A DNA stretch of 64,000 bases, taken from positions 855,457 through 919,456 of the forward strand of contig MU004236.1 in NCBI GenBank assembly GCA_010405405.1, read 5' to 3'. This document shows, piece by piece, positions 33,090-45,584 of the stretch. This stretch comes from Microthyrium microscopicum. Its lineage: Eukaryota. The notes below the pieces were generated by a model that had not been told where the DNA came from, ran no database searches, and saw only the letters and a program-made list of their open reading frames with translations. The first letter of the stretch is position 1; each line of letters begins with the position of its first letter. The translations under genes were made by a program, and so were the position numbers.

Positions 33090-36000
33090 ATGTCCACCGC
33101 TGTCGCGAATGCTGCCCGGCTGAAGCCTGAGCTACGTCTTGCTCAGGCTGTGTCTAGATTTGAAGCAGACCTATCTCGAGAGCAGAAAGACGCACTGCGA
33201 TCCCAGAGGTCTCAGTTACAAGCTTCGAGTCCGGATGCGAGCGATGTCATAAGACTGACTTCGGAGATTGATAAGACGTCTGGCATAGTTGCTGGTAGAC
33301 GATGCATTGGTCCACGACTGACGAACTTCATTCAAGCCGTTCAACAGTTCGCTTCCCTTGGAGACGTCATTATTGGAGGAAGTCAAAATATCATCGCTTG
33401 TGGGGTTTGGATGCTAGTGCGAACGTCTCTACTCGTATGTGTTCGCTTGACTACCTTATTCGGAATTTGCTACTAACGCTATAAAGTCAATCGCCACTTA
33501 TTCATCGTATATGGACAAGCTCTCGACTATTTTCATGGACCTTGGCCGCTCTGCTCCACGCCATCAGGCAATGGCTTTGCTATATCCACAATCGAAACGG
33601 TTACAGGCAGATCTTACGGAGTACTTTGTTGTTGTCGTCGACTTCTGCCATCAAATATGGAAGTTTTCTCAGAAATCCTCCATAAACAAATTTGTATCGG
33701 CTTTGGGAGATTCAGATCTAAAAACTTATCAATCCAAATTAGAAAGTTGGGCAAAAAGCATCAAAGAGGAGATTCAGTTTCTTATGGCTCAGCAGAGCCT
33801 CGAAAATGGTCGCAATATCAATGGCATCACATCACTTTTTGCCAAGGGCCTCAGTTTTACTTCTCATCAGAGAGACCTACAAATCAAGCTGAGGGTTCTC
33901 GATCTCTGCTCTACATACGATCATCAAACGGCCTGGAAGCAGATTAGAGAACTCGGACGCTGCTCGAACTTTGCTCAAAGCGCCGATTATCAAGAATGGA
34001 GAGGCGGCTCGAGATCCTCAACATTAATATATAGAGGCAAACTGGGATCTGGGAAGTCCGTTCTTCTAGCCAATATTGTGGAAGATGTCATTACGCACGA
34101 CAGCAACCCACAAAGAACTAAGCCTTTGGCATACTTCTTCTGCAAACATGACTTACCGGAAAGCTTGCAAGCTCGAACTATATTCGGATCTCTCGCTCGA
34201 CAGCTACTTGATTTCGCTTTGAATGACACCTTCCTAAAACCTTTACCAGAAGAAACCGCACTTAGTCTTGATATTGAAGATACATTGGAACTTCTGCGAC
34301 GTGCGTATGCACAAACTGGAGCAGCATACATTGTGCTCGATGGGCTTGATGAATGTGATTTCACTACAGGTGAAAAGATCATTCAGCAATTGCAGACGCT
34401 GCAGAAATGCATTAACCTTCATCTCTGTCTTTCATTCCGCCTGGATCCTGCCGAAAATTCAAGTTTGAATGTAAAAGATCTTACTGCTGTCAAGAGCATC
34501 TCCATGCCAGACAACAACCCCGACATCGAGGCGTACATCGACGGACAATTGGACCACCTTGTTACCTCTGAAAAGCTTCAACTACAGGATCCTCTCCTTA
34601 TTCTAGAAATACAAAAAAAGCTCATGGAGCGCTCACAAGGCATGTTTCTGTGGGTGGCCCTGCAACTTCAGTCAATTTGCACAATGGAAGGCGACAACAA
34701 TATCCGCCACGCACTGGAAAATCTGCCCAAAGACCTCCCGGAGACCTTCAATCGTATATTGAACAGACACAGGAAGGATACCAAAGCTTTTCAAAGACGA
34801 ATTCTGGAACTTGTTGTAGTCGCATTCCGACCCTTGACTACCGAGGAACTACGAGAGGCTCTTAGTGTAATAATTGGTGATGTCGTCTGGAAACCTTCAA
34901 ATCTATTACGCAATATCATCTCCACTTTGGCCAGCTTCGGTGGTCTGATATTGGTTGACGAAGAAGAGAAGACTGTGCGTCTCGTACACCATAGCTTCAA
35001 ACAATATCTCATCGATCTATTTCAAAACAAAGAGGAGGGAAGGTTCTCTTTGGACGTTGCACATGGCCACATGCTTGACACAATCGCGACTTATCTTAGC
35101 TATAACGTTTTCGAAACTCGAGTGTCCACGGCTGTGGTTCCGCGCATGAACATAGGCTCCGCACCAGCACAAATTGTCCGAGAAACACTGGATTCAAGTG
35201 TGGGCCAGAAAATAGCACTCAAGCTATTACGGTTGCGGAAATCGCCTGGTTTTGATATCAGCAAGACTCTTGCGGAAGCAGGTAGTCTCTACGGCACGCC
35301 AGCGATAGATCGCTTTCACTTCCATGACTACGCAAAGACGTTTTACATGCAGCATATCCGTAGTGCCTCAAGTTATCAATTAGCATATCCTAAATTATTA
35401 GCAAAGTTGCTAACTGATGAGGACTGGATCAGCATAAAGAAAACACTTGATGCTCCGTCTTCGAAACCCCTTCTTAAACACCTCGACATAGAAGCACTCC
35501 TACGTGACGCCGCAGAGAAAGGCAAATTGGTTATTTTTGCACTGCTTCTTGAGACAACCACATACTTCCCCGAACTCTCAAGGCTACTTTCTTGGGCCGC
35601 TGACGGCGGGCGGGAAGGCATTGTCCGGCTGCTCCTACTGAAAATGCACGTTAAGGAAAGTGATTTTCGAATTCCATTCTTCAGTGCTATGATGAAAGGT
35701 CGCAAATCCATGGCCGAGCTATTTCTTAACATTGGCTGGTTTTGGAGGGACGAGGTTTGGCTAGCCTTTTCCGAAGAGAAGTATCGAATACTACTCTCAT
35801 TAGTTGTCGAAAATGGACACGAAGCCATGGTATGGCTACTTCAGAGGAAGGACCTATTCGAGAACAACCCGGATGGATCAGGCTTCCTAGCTGTGGAGCC
35901 ATTATCAGCCGTGGCGAGACGTAGGCCAGGAGCTGTGGTTGAGCTGCTTGTCGAGATAGATATGGTCAACCATGAGCTGGGACGCAATGCTGGTGATACG

Positions 36001-36636
36001 CCGGTATCTTGGGCCAACTCTCGCGGCCTTGACGACATGGTTGGACTGCTTCTTCAGACAAAAAAGGTCAATCCGAACATCATTCCAAATCTCAGTGGCG
36101 AGACACTATTGCATGGAGCGGCGAAAAATGGGAATGAAGCTAACGTACGCCTACTTCTCGATTTTTACCATCTCGACGTTCATGCGGAGGATTCATCAGG
36201 TCGAACACCATTGATACGAGCTGCCGAGTTTGGGCACGAAGGTGTGGTCAAACTGCTTCTTGAACAATACAACGACAACAACATAGCCGAAACTATTCCC
36301 GTCTATGATGCTGATTTGCAGGCGGCGATATCTCGAGCCTCTCGAAATGGGCACTCAGCTGTGGTTAAGCAACTTATCCAGATGAGGGTCCAGAAAGAAG
36401 TGGATGATATGAATAAATACGATGCTGCGCCGTTGACGCAAGCTGCTGAATATGGTCACGAGGCTGTGGTCAAAGTACTTCTGGATGCATATCCTTCTGC
36501 CAAAGTTTATGGTAGCGATGATCTACTGCGGACAACATTCACTCAAGCTTCTCGTAATGGACATAGAGCTGTAGCAGAATTGGTATCTGTCAAGCGTAGA
36601 GAGCGTTACGAAGGTATCAATTTGGATGATTTATGA
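33090..36636 (+). CDS. NLR-like STAND protein: N-terminal helical domain, NACHT NTPase, winged helix and ankyrin repeats
   Basis: Intron 33435-33486 joins the 33090 and 33511 ORFs. Walker A GKLGSGKS, AYFFC, Walker B YIVLDGLDE, GMFLWVALQL, VRLVHHSFKQYL, and ankyrin repeats (GETLLHGAAKNG, GRTPLIRAAEFGHEGVVKLLL). Confidence 0.92.
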
Positions 36637-36716
36637 GCAGTTTAGTCCCTTAAAACAATTTGCACATGCGCGGGCCGCAAAGCAGCTATCCAGGAATTAT
36701 ATAGAAGCCAATGCTA

Positions 36717-39173
36717 CTACCGACTATCGGCTAACAAAAGTTCAGTGATGGGTCCAATTACAGAAGACTCCAAGTCAAGACCGAGCAGCCTTGCCATCTT
36801 GCCACTCGTGGGTGAATCTCTCTCAATAATTTCCCAGATGCTGTCTTTGAGTAGTGGAGATATCTGGAAGTCAAGAAGGAGATCCTCTATGGCCTGTGTA
36901 TGGCGTAAGGTTGATAATTGGGGCTCCGAGCCAAGTTCGATAGCGAATTCGCCCATATTACTCGAGACAGGAATTCTTATCACTATTTCCGGTACGTACT
37001 TGTTGTACTCCAGATCGATTTGTACATTTTCCAGAGCCTTGCCGTCAACGGAAACCTCCATGGCAGAAATATCTAGCTTAGTGGAAATGAAGCGGAATGT
37101 CCACTCTCTATCTGCTCCAAGGAACGTGAGTCGCCCAGAAGTTTGCTCGTAACATATGGGAATTGATCGCCGACTCTCCGAAGTGTCTATCGATTCGGCA
37201 TCGTCGCCTGTGTTTTCATAAATATTCGTCTGCCCATCTTTGCCGACTACTACAAGGACTTCGAATGCACCAGGGTTTGCGCATCCGTTGGCTGGTACCG
37301 CCTCCCTATCAAGTGGTATGATTGATCCTTCAGCAGCAAGAACAGGAATTTGTTCAAGAGGACGATACATGTCAATTTCTTGATCACCATCGTAGACCGT
37401 TCCAGAAAAAATATCGACGTGTCGTCCAGGAGGCACCCAAACACGAGTTTTCGCAAGATTAGTTCTCCTGTCACGAGGGCTCAGGATGGGGGCTACGACG
37501 AGGGCATCGCCAAAGTAGTACTCGGTGGGGAAATTATACGCTGATTTGTGTGCCGGGAAATTCCAATATAACGGCTGAACCAGGGGAAGATTCAGTGATG
37601 GCTCAGCAACACTCGCCGAGTAGATATACGGCACCAGTCGATGCCGCAATTGCATAGCATTGCGCATAGCTGCCTCGCTCTCACTGCGATATAGCCACGG
37701 TTCCTTGCTCATCCATTTACTGTTTGAGGAGTGAAGGCGCAGAATGGGCGAGAAAACAGCATACTGCACCCAACGAACTGTACATTCATCATCGCGCGAG
37801 CCCCCAATATGGCCACCAATATCATGACTCCACCACCCATAGCCAATGTTTGAGGCAGTAGCCGTGAACTCAGGCTGGAACTTCAGCGAGTCCCATGTTG
37901 CTACCGCATCACCAGAAAATCCAACAGGATATCGATGGCTTCCTGGACCGGCATATCTCGAGAAGATCAAAGCTTCCGACTTGCCTTTGGTGCGCTCTAT
38001 ATCGAGGTAGTGAAAGTGGTTGAGAAGCCATAGCGGATCGAAGCCAGGTATGCGAGAAAAGGAGCCTTGTTGCCAGTCAATCCACCAGAAGTCGCATCCT
38101 TGCTTTTCGAGATTTCGATGCAGTATGTGAAAGAATGCGTGCATAAATCCTTGTGAAGTTGGATCGAAGAGGATTGGAGTACGTTTGCTTATATCATGTC
38201 CAAGAGCCTTTGCCATCTCTTCGTACGAGTCCTCGTGGTTATGTACCCCTGCATGTGGATGATCGTTGAGTGTGACTTTGAGACCTTTATCGTGTAAAGC
38301 TGCAGTGAACTTTTCAGGATCTGGAAAAAGCTCCTTGTTCCATGTGTAACCAGTCCACCCAACATGTGGCACGTTTTCTCCAGTTACGAAATGCCAGTCC
38401 ATGTCAATAACGGCCACTGAGAGAGGAATGTTGTTTGCTTTGAACTTGTCAACCAAAGTCAGATATTCTTCTTGTGTGTAAGCATGATATCTGCTCCACC
38501 AGTTCCCAAGACACCATCTAGGAACGGATGGCTGGCTACCAGAAATAGCGTAGAATGACTTCATGGCCCCCTTGAAATCATGGCCATAGCAGAACAAGTA
38601 TCCGTCGATACGATCACCAGGACGGCGAGTGGTAACAAAGCCATTTCCGTCAAATAGCATACTGCTAGAGTCATCCAAGACTGAATATCCAGCCTTGGAA
38701 ATGATGCCTGTACCCAGATCACATCGTCCATCTATGTCGTCTACAGTCCTAGCAGTGCCACCAAGGTTGTCTTCCGCAACATTACCATAGCGCCATTCGA
38801 CGCCTCGTTCGGTCTGCTTGCTTGAGAAAGCTACAGCCAAACCATTTGGACTAAATCGCTGCTTATCGTAGGTCAAATGAAATGCTGGCGTAATGATATC
38901 CAGTTGATTCTTCTTCTCTTCCACTCGAAACTCTGGTTTGGCAAATTTTCGATTGATAGCAAATGTGGAAGCACGATCTTCGAAGACCCCATCAGCAGCC
39001 CATTCATATCTGAGGACTTTGTCGTCGATTATCGTGAATCGATACTCAGGGCCGACTATTGTTGATTCGTCATTGGCCACAGGCTCGGACGGAAACTTGT
39101 ATTCGTCCATTGTTGTTGTCAATATCGAAAAGTCTGTAGTATCAAAGTTTCGGTGAGATCTGGACACTGACAT
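36717..39173 (-). CDS. Glycoside hydrolase family 31 (alpha-glucosidase/alpha-xylosidase-like), no obvious signal peptide
   Basis: Intronless 818-aa ORF, with an alternative start MDEYKF at 39110. Motifs GNWWSRY, VIDMDWH, nucleophile region FWWIDWQQG, GFSGD, SHDIGGH and PILRLHS. Confidence 0.92.
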   Translation of the reverse strand: MSVSRSHRNFDTTDFSILTTTMDEYKFPSEPVANDESTIVGPEYRFTIIDDKVLRYEWAADGVFEDRASTFAINRKFAKPEFRVEEKKNQLDIITPAFHLTYDKQRFSPNGLAVAFSSKQTERGVEWRYGNVAEDNLGGTARTVDDIDGRCDLGTGIISKAGYSVLDDSSSMLFDGNGFVTTRRPGDRIDGYLFCYGHDFKGAMKSFYAISGSQPSVPRWCLGNWWSRYHAYTQEEYLTLVDKFKANNIPLSVAVIDMDWHFVTGENVPHVGWTGYTWNKELFPDPEKFTAALHDKGLKVTLNDHPHAGVHNHEDSYEEMAKALGHDISKRTPILFDPTSQGFMHAFFHILHRNLEKQGCDFWWIDWQQGSFSRIPGFDPLWLLNHFHYLDIERTKGKSEALIFSRYAGPGSHRYPVGFSGDAVATWDSLKFQPEFTATASNIGYGWWSHDIGGHIGGSRDDECTVRWVQYAVFSPILRLHSSNSKWMSKEPWLYRSESEAAMRNAMQLRHRLVPYIYSASVAEPSLNLPLVQPLYWNFPAHKSAYNFPTEYYFGDALVVAPILSPRDRRTNLAKTRVWVPPGRHVDIFSGTVYDGDQEIDMYRPLEQIPVLAAEGSIIPLDREAVPANGCANPGAFEVLVVVGKDGQTNIYENTGDDAESIDTSESRRSIPICYEQTSGRLTFLGADREWTFRFISTKLDISAMEVSVDGKALENVQIDLEYNKYVPEIVIRIPVSSNMGEFAIELGSEPQLSTLRHTQAIEDLLLDFQISPLLKDSIWEIIERDSPTSGKMARLLGLDLESSVIGPITELLLADSR

Positions 39174-39664
39174 CAGAGATTCTAGTGTACTTGCCTAGTA
39201 GCTTCTAGCCCGCTGTTGAGCCGCACTTAGCCTGCATGAAGCCGGAGCTTGGACTCATTGTATCTACTACCAGCTTATGCTTCCTTTTTGGGAATAGCAA
39301 TGGAGTTGATACCTAGGTATTGATGGAAAGTTCTCTATATACCTAAAAGTATCAGGAATTACTTCAAATTGTCATAGTTACATCAAGCGCTGTGAATAGT
39401 CTTGGTGGTTAAGAACAATGAAAAATGAAGTTAAATCCTTGATCATTCATTGGCCCTGAATGATCGACGAGCGTGGCTGATGAAACACGGCATCGACCAT
39501 TGTAACCTTCACTCCAAATATATAATTAAGATCCGCCAGGCTGACGTCAAACTCCTTACAAGCGCCCAACCCTTAAACCCTTCAAATATACACTCATCCC
39601 CCATCGTGGATCACTGCGAATAGCAAAACTTTCTGCCTCATCCACCAAACTTGCTACCACCAAA

Positions 39665-40709
39665 ATGTTGGTCGCGCAAAACTGCACCAATGCACCCGCC
39701 GAGACGGCCAGCGATGCTGGAGTAGCAGGTGCCGGAGTAAGCCAGACAAATTCAAACGTAGAACAGTCGAAACATTACTAACATCCTCCAGGTCCTCCTC
39801 TCTTTCATCATAACCGCCGGCCTAGCCATCATCCTCAGCAGTATAATAATCCTCTACGAAGCCCTCCGCAAATCCGAATCCCGCATCCTCCGCAAACTCC
39901 TACAATCCTTCTCCGACCAACAGCTCATCACGGGCATCGGCATCCAATCCGTCGGCATCGCCAAACTTGACACCATGGTGCCCTACCACTTCTTCATCAT
40001 CTGGATGCTTTCACTGCTCGCCACGGCAACGCATATATCCACACTGCTTGCGTTGGTGGGAGACTTTAAGCGCGATTGGGTACTGCGTTGGCTGCGACAA
40101 TTGCTGATGCTGGTGAATTTGGTGCTAAGTTCTGTGTTCGGCGTGTATGTGCTGCGGACGAATTTGACGAGTTTGCCCGGCACGTTGCCTATTGGGTGTG
40201 TTTCGGTGGTGCCGTCCAAGGGCGCGGAAGGGAATGCGGCGCTTTCTATTTTGGGGACGTGTGTTGTGATCGCGGGTAATTTTATACTATATGTCTTTGC
40301 GCTGTGGTATTTGCATAGTAAGAGTCAGAGATGGTTGACTGGACTGCAAATCATTGGGATTGTATTCCTGTTGGGCATTGCGACTGGGGCTGCGATCAGG
40401 ATCATTACGCTTTCTCAGGCATTTGGAAATGCGTCGGTCAAATTAGCGGATGATGGAGAGAAGGATTGGAGCTTTGGACAGCTATTGCCACTTCTGCTAC
40501 TTCTATTGCCAATTGTGTCAGCTATCGAAATATTCAGAGGTAAGCAAAAGAAACTCGCCAAGGAGTGATAATGCTAATGAGTCGTAGGAGAGATGAACGT
40601 ACCGCCTCCAATCTGTTCCGATGGCGATTCGATGAAGCTGGGCGACCAAGAACTTCAATTTCAGCCAAATCCGTTTTGGGGATCTCGATCCAACCTAGTG
40701 AAGCGGTAA
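39665..40709 (+). CDS. Uncharacterised fungal multi-pass membrane protein
   Basis: Exons 39665-39736, 39792-40539 and 40588-40709. Contains DAGVAGAGVLLSF, FSDQQLITGIGI, YHFFII and WSFGQLLPLLLL, a motif pattern common in fungal multi-TM hypothetical proteins. Confidence 0.82.
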
Positions 40710-40774
40710 AGAGACGGCCATAAGTTGAAAATCGGTAAATGAAATCAATGAGTACATTGGATCTTATCGACAAT

Positions 40775-43107
40775 TTACTCGTCAGCCTCTTCCTCACCAG
40801 GACTTTCTTCTCCTTCGCTCAACTCGCCCATAGCAGCATTATCCGAATCATCTTCGTCCTGGTCATCGTTCCGAGAATGCCCATTCTCTTGTCTTGAAGC
40901 CTTGAGGAGAGCTTCCTTCTGCTCTCTCATCTTCCGCTGAGATAGTACAAACGCACCGAGCGGCGTGTTTTTCTCATCTTCATCAGACAGGAATCGCTCC
41001 ACGGCTGAACGATTGTTTGGAGCATAATCAACCCGGGCGCGCTTGCTCTCAATCCACTTGGCGTTGGCTTCGAGTTTTTGAATAAACAATCCGATCGAGG
41101 TGTTTAGCTTGTTGTTCTTATTGCCTTTGCCTTTGTCGCTCACGGTCTTCAGCCATCGCTTAAGCATGACAATGACTGGCAACGCCAATTCTGGAAAGGC
41201 AATAGATTTACACCAAAGCATAAAAAACTCGGAGAAGAGTTCAACCACCTGTTCGCCAACACCGTCTTGGTAGACACGTGTGCGAAGCAGCGTTTTACCG
41301 GCTCGAATGGAGGTCGAGAAGTCTAGCGCTTTAATCGTCGTTGGCTTTGGTGCCTTGCGCATTTCTGCAGAGTTCAGTACTTCCAGCAACGCAGGGGCTA
41401 GAGGAATGAAAGTGTTGGTCGCGCGACATATACGGAGCAGGGAGCGGCAAAGCTGGAATCGAAGTGGAAAATATTGGGCTGTGGGAATGAGGCGTAGTAC
41501 ACCAAGTGTAACTTGAACTGTAGGATAAATCAGTGGGCGTAGCGGCGAATCCTTTCCGGTCTCAGCCTCCCTTAGACTGGAAGAGTTTTGAGCGAGAACT
41601 CGCGACCAAAAGTCTAGTGAATGGACACACTGCCAGTTGTAAACAACCTTATACGAGTCTTTTGTCTTGTTGGTAATGGTTGATCGCAAATGAAGTGCAA
41701 GTTGTCTTATGAACCCAAATCCAGTTGTATAGCCAACTACTGGGTCAATGCCCCATAGTTCAGCGGCCGAGTTCTTCATCAAATTGATGCCTTGTATTGT
41801 GTGAATTGTGGTGCTTCGACAACCCTTGATGAGTCCTTGATAGGTAGCCTTGAGAATAGCTTCTCGTAGTCCAGCATCTCCAATGACGATGAGTTTACGT
41901 AGAACTAGGAAAGCTGATATCTTGGTAGCATCATCGCTAGACGACTCGGCCCAGATGATCACTACACTTTTACCCATCTCTTTGAGAACTTTTCGATAAG
42001 GCAACGCATATGGTAGCAATGCCAAAATTGAAGCAAGAGTCAGTCGAAGAGTTGATCCATCTGATAAATTGGACAAAAGATGAAGAACTGAAGCAATATG
42101 TGACTTGACCATGGGTGCAAGTGTTTTGAATACCTTCGAATCGCTGGATAGGTTTCTAGGCACAAGTTAGTACAAATCAAGGTAGGATGTCGAGTCCATT
42201 ACATTTTTCCAGAAGCCGTCTCCTTGATTGGGAGATGATGTTGCAAAAGCTCTGGCAGGCCTTTCAGTGTAAGAACCAAGACCTTGTTGTATGCTTTAAA
42301 TGTGTCAGTCCGGGTTCATGACATGTAGTCTTAAAGCTTACCATCTGAATTGGTCACAGTATATTTGTACTCCTTGCCATTGTTCTCGTTCAAATGGGCG
42401 GCAGCTCGGAAAGCGAGAACCAGCTCTCTCGCTGTGCGGAGCGATTTGTTCTCTGTCATCGACGCTTCCCATTTATTCACGAGAGCTAGAGTCAAAGTTT
42501 TGTCTTTTCCTTCTTTCTTGGGCTCCTCAGCTTCTTCCTCATCGCTCAGTTGGTCTATTTCGGCGAGATCACCGTCCTCAAAGTCAAGGAGCTCTGCATC
42601 ATTCTCTTTCAAGTATTTGTAAAACTCCGGGTCTTTCTCAGCCAGCGACTCGAGCTGTTTTTTGTGTGCGTCTTCGTCCTCGTCTTCCTCAGATTCGTCG
42701 CTCTCGTCGTCGGCAGCGTTCTCCACCGTACCGCCAGCAGCGTCAGGGGCGTCAGAGTCATCTTCGGATTCATCGTCCTGGGATGTCTCGTCGACTGGGG
42801 CTTTCGCTCGCTTCTTGCTCGGCGCATCGCCTGTGCCGCCTCTCTTTCTTTTCTTCCCTGGCTTCTCAGGAACCTCAAATCCGCCTTGGAAAAACTCGTC
42901 TACAGTCATTTCTTTCAACTCTTTGCCCTTCGAAGGTTTCGGCTTCGGCGCTTCCTCTTCGTTGTCACCATTCTCTGCTCGTCGGGCTGTCTTTTTCTTC
43001 TCGCGAAGCTTCGTTCGTTGCTTGACCTTGGCATCGTCTTTACGTTTCTTGAGAGTGTCTTTAAGGTGGCGCCCTTCAAACTTTTTTGTTGATTTTGTTT
43101 TCGCCAT
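40775..43107 (-). CDS. NOC2: Nucleolar complex protein 2 (60S ribosome biogenesis)
   Basis: Introns 42156-42202 and 42294-42341. Motifs KSTKKFE..HLKDTL, LAEKDPEFYKYL, FGFIRQLALHLR, VYNWQ..SLDFWS, QYFPLRF and SIAFPEL. Confidence 0.95.
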
Positions 43108-43390
43108 GGCCAATTGCTAGTACGGTCCCTGTAGAAAGAAAATTTGGAGAGTGATGTTTGGTGTAGCAGCAGTTCAGCTTGAAAAGACGAAATTTTGGTG
43201 GAGCAGGAAAAGATAAAAAAAATTGGCGAGGCTGCGGGGTTACTAAGCACAGATCCATCATGAGGCCGCCCATGCCAAGAGCGTCTCTGTTTCGAGATGA
43301 ACACGAGCTACGGCATCGTCTCGTCTTTTTCTCTCAATTCGTTGCCATCTAAGCCCTTCTGAACATCAGATCCTCATTTTGACAGACGCC
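43108..43390. promoter_or_regulatory. Compact bidirectional promoter region between NOC2 and VPS28
   Basis: Only 283 bp separate the two divergent start codons. Contains A-tract/GAAATTTT elements loosely resembling RRPE. Confidence 0.5.
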
Positions 43391-44197
43391 ATGTATTCTG
43401 CCAAGCAGCTCGCCTACGCGCCGACCACGTTCGCATTCAACCCAGCTTCATCTCTCTCCGCTACCATCAACTTGGACGAAGTTAGTAGGTTGTGAATTGT
43501 ACAACAACAGTCTCTAACTTCGGATCTAGGAAGTCAAGTTAACGTCTAATAATGCAGAACGCGATCTGTACGAATCTTTGGCCGAAATATACAGTATCAT
43601 CATAACTCTCGACGCGCTAGAGAAGGCATACCTCAAGGATTCTCTCGTCGAAGCCGAGTACACAGATACTTGTAGCCGGCTCCTGAAGCAGTATACATCC
43701 CATTTACAAGACGAAAGTGTGTCAAAGGCATTTGGTGATCTAGAATCGTTTATGCAGGAGTGGGATGTAAGCTTTAGCTCTCACTTTGTTTTAGCCAGAA
43801 GTTAACAGCAACATAGATGGAATGCCCTCGAGCACTCAAACGATTACAAGTCGGACTTCCAGACACGGTCGAAAGACCTTCACATAAGCAACAGACACCA
43901 GGGACAGACGCAGCCCATGCAACTCGAGCTGTGGAAGCTACGGAGAATTTCATCACCCTACTTGATGCGCTGAAGATCGGCATGATCGAGAAGGACGTTC
44001 TTCATCCTATCCTAGTCGATATCATCCAGGCCGTGAACCGATTCAGTGATGTAGATTTCGAAAACAAGGGCAAAATCGTACAGTGGTTGATAACGCTCAA
44101 TCAAATGAGAGCGGCAGATCAATTGACACCTGATCAGACCAGAGAATTCTCCTCTGACATGACGCAAGCATATACTGGCTTCAAGCAAATCCTATAA
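43391..44197 (+). CDS. VPS28: ESCRT-I subunit Vps28
   Basis: Exons 43391-43480, 43530-43766 and 43817-44197. Motifs NLDEEVKL, ERDLYESLAEIYSII..LEKAYLKD, ENFITLLDALK and IVQWLITLNQMRA. Confidence 0.95.
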
Positions 44198-44482
44198 TGA
44201 AGGCACAAAATTGTTTCCAGAACAAAAAATATCGATCATGAGGGTGGGACGTGCAGAAAGTAAGGAGCTCCCTGCGAGCTCGCATATCGTCAATTCTAGA
44301 CCGCTCCCACCAACTCTCCCGAATTTTACACCTCCCAAGGACTTATTCCCGAGCTTGCCGATATCTACACTTTTTCGTTTGCTAAGCTTCAACCGCAACT
44401 TATGCAACCTCTGACCTCCAACCGTCGCGATGTATTAATTAAGACCCCCCGCTGATCTCAGGTTATTGCGGGCAAACTCGAT

Positions 44483-45584
44483 ATGAACCAAAGCGCAGTG
44501 GACAAGAAGTCCATATCAACAATCTCCCACGGTATGTCCACCAGCATTAGTTACTCACAGCAATTCATAACTCGCATTTTATCTAGTCCTCGACCTCCCG
44601 CAGCTATACCAGAAGCCGTCGTTGACACTTCTGCTTCAGGCCCTTATCGCACTACAACAGAAGCCCAAATCGTGGACTGCGGATGGTCTTTCAGCAAAGA
44701 ATAATGCTGTCTGCGATCCAAAGGAACTGGCCTACTATCTCACCTCTATTATTGCAAGTCCCCTGAAATGGATAATCAACGACGAGCAAAAGGAGATGAT
44801 ATGGGAGGAAGCCGGTGCGCGCCTGGCAGAACGATCTGGTCGGACTGGGATGTCTGCTATCGATCGCAGTTTTGAGATATACACTGGGAAGGAAACGGTT
44901 TCAATTTCCCTACACGAGCCTGCCCTTACTGCCGACAACTTAGGCTTAAAGACTTGGTGCGCATCCCACGTGCTGTCACGCAGACTGCACAAGCAGACTT
45001 TACCAAAGTCTAGATGGCCAGAAAAGCTCAACATCCTCGAGCTAGGTGCTGGTACGGGTCTTGTGGGCATGTCTTGCGCCATTGTGTTCAACGCGAACGT
45101 ATATCTCACAGACCTCCCGGAAATTGAGCCCAACCTTCGTAGGAACATTCACTCCAACTCCGAGCTCATCTGGGCACATGGTGGATCTGCCGTCTCAGCT
45201 GTTCTGGACTGGTCTAACCCTGAAATACTTTGTATACGAGACGAATCAACGCTTAGCTGCGCGAGGTCTACGCCAGCATCCTTTCCGCTCATCATTGCTG
45301 CAGACTGCATTTATTCCGCCGAACAGCCAGAAATGATTGTACAGACCATCAAACACTGGCTATCACCCGAACGAGATTCCAGAGTTATCTTTGAACTTCC
45401 TTTGCGAAGTGGATACAGTAAGGAGCTCGACGATGTGAAAAAGTGCATGGTTCATCAAGGTTTTGTGATGCTCGAGGAAGCTGAAGATGTTGGATTTGAC
45501 GACTGGGGAAATGACGACGATGACGACAGGCCTGTTTACTGTTGGTTTTCAGTCTGGACTTGGCTTTCTTCAGTAATAGTTTGA
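44483..45584 (+). CDS. rrg1: Protein-lysine N-methyltransferase, Rrg1/Efm2-like (Methyltransf_16 family)
   Basis: Exon 44483-44531 and intron 44532-44586 give VLDLPQLYQKPS. Also RLAERSGRT, LHEPALTADNLGLKTW, SAM motif I ILELGAGTGLVG, LTDLPEI, LDW and IIAADCIY. Confidence 0.87.

Noticed and set aside
42300..43120. Long antisense/alternative-frame ORFs over NOC2, SIMPL, CLU1 and the 62.8-63.5 kb gene
   Set aside because: Shadows of biased codon usage in the real genes; no independent protein features.
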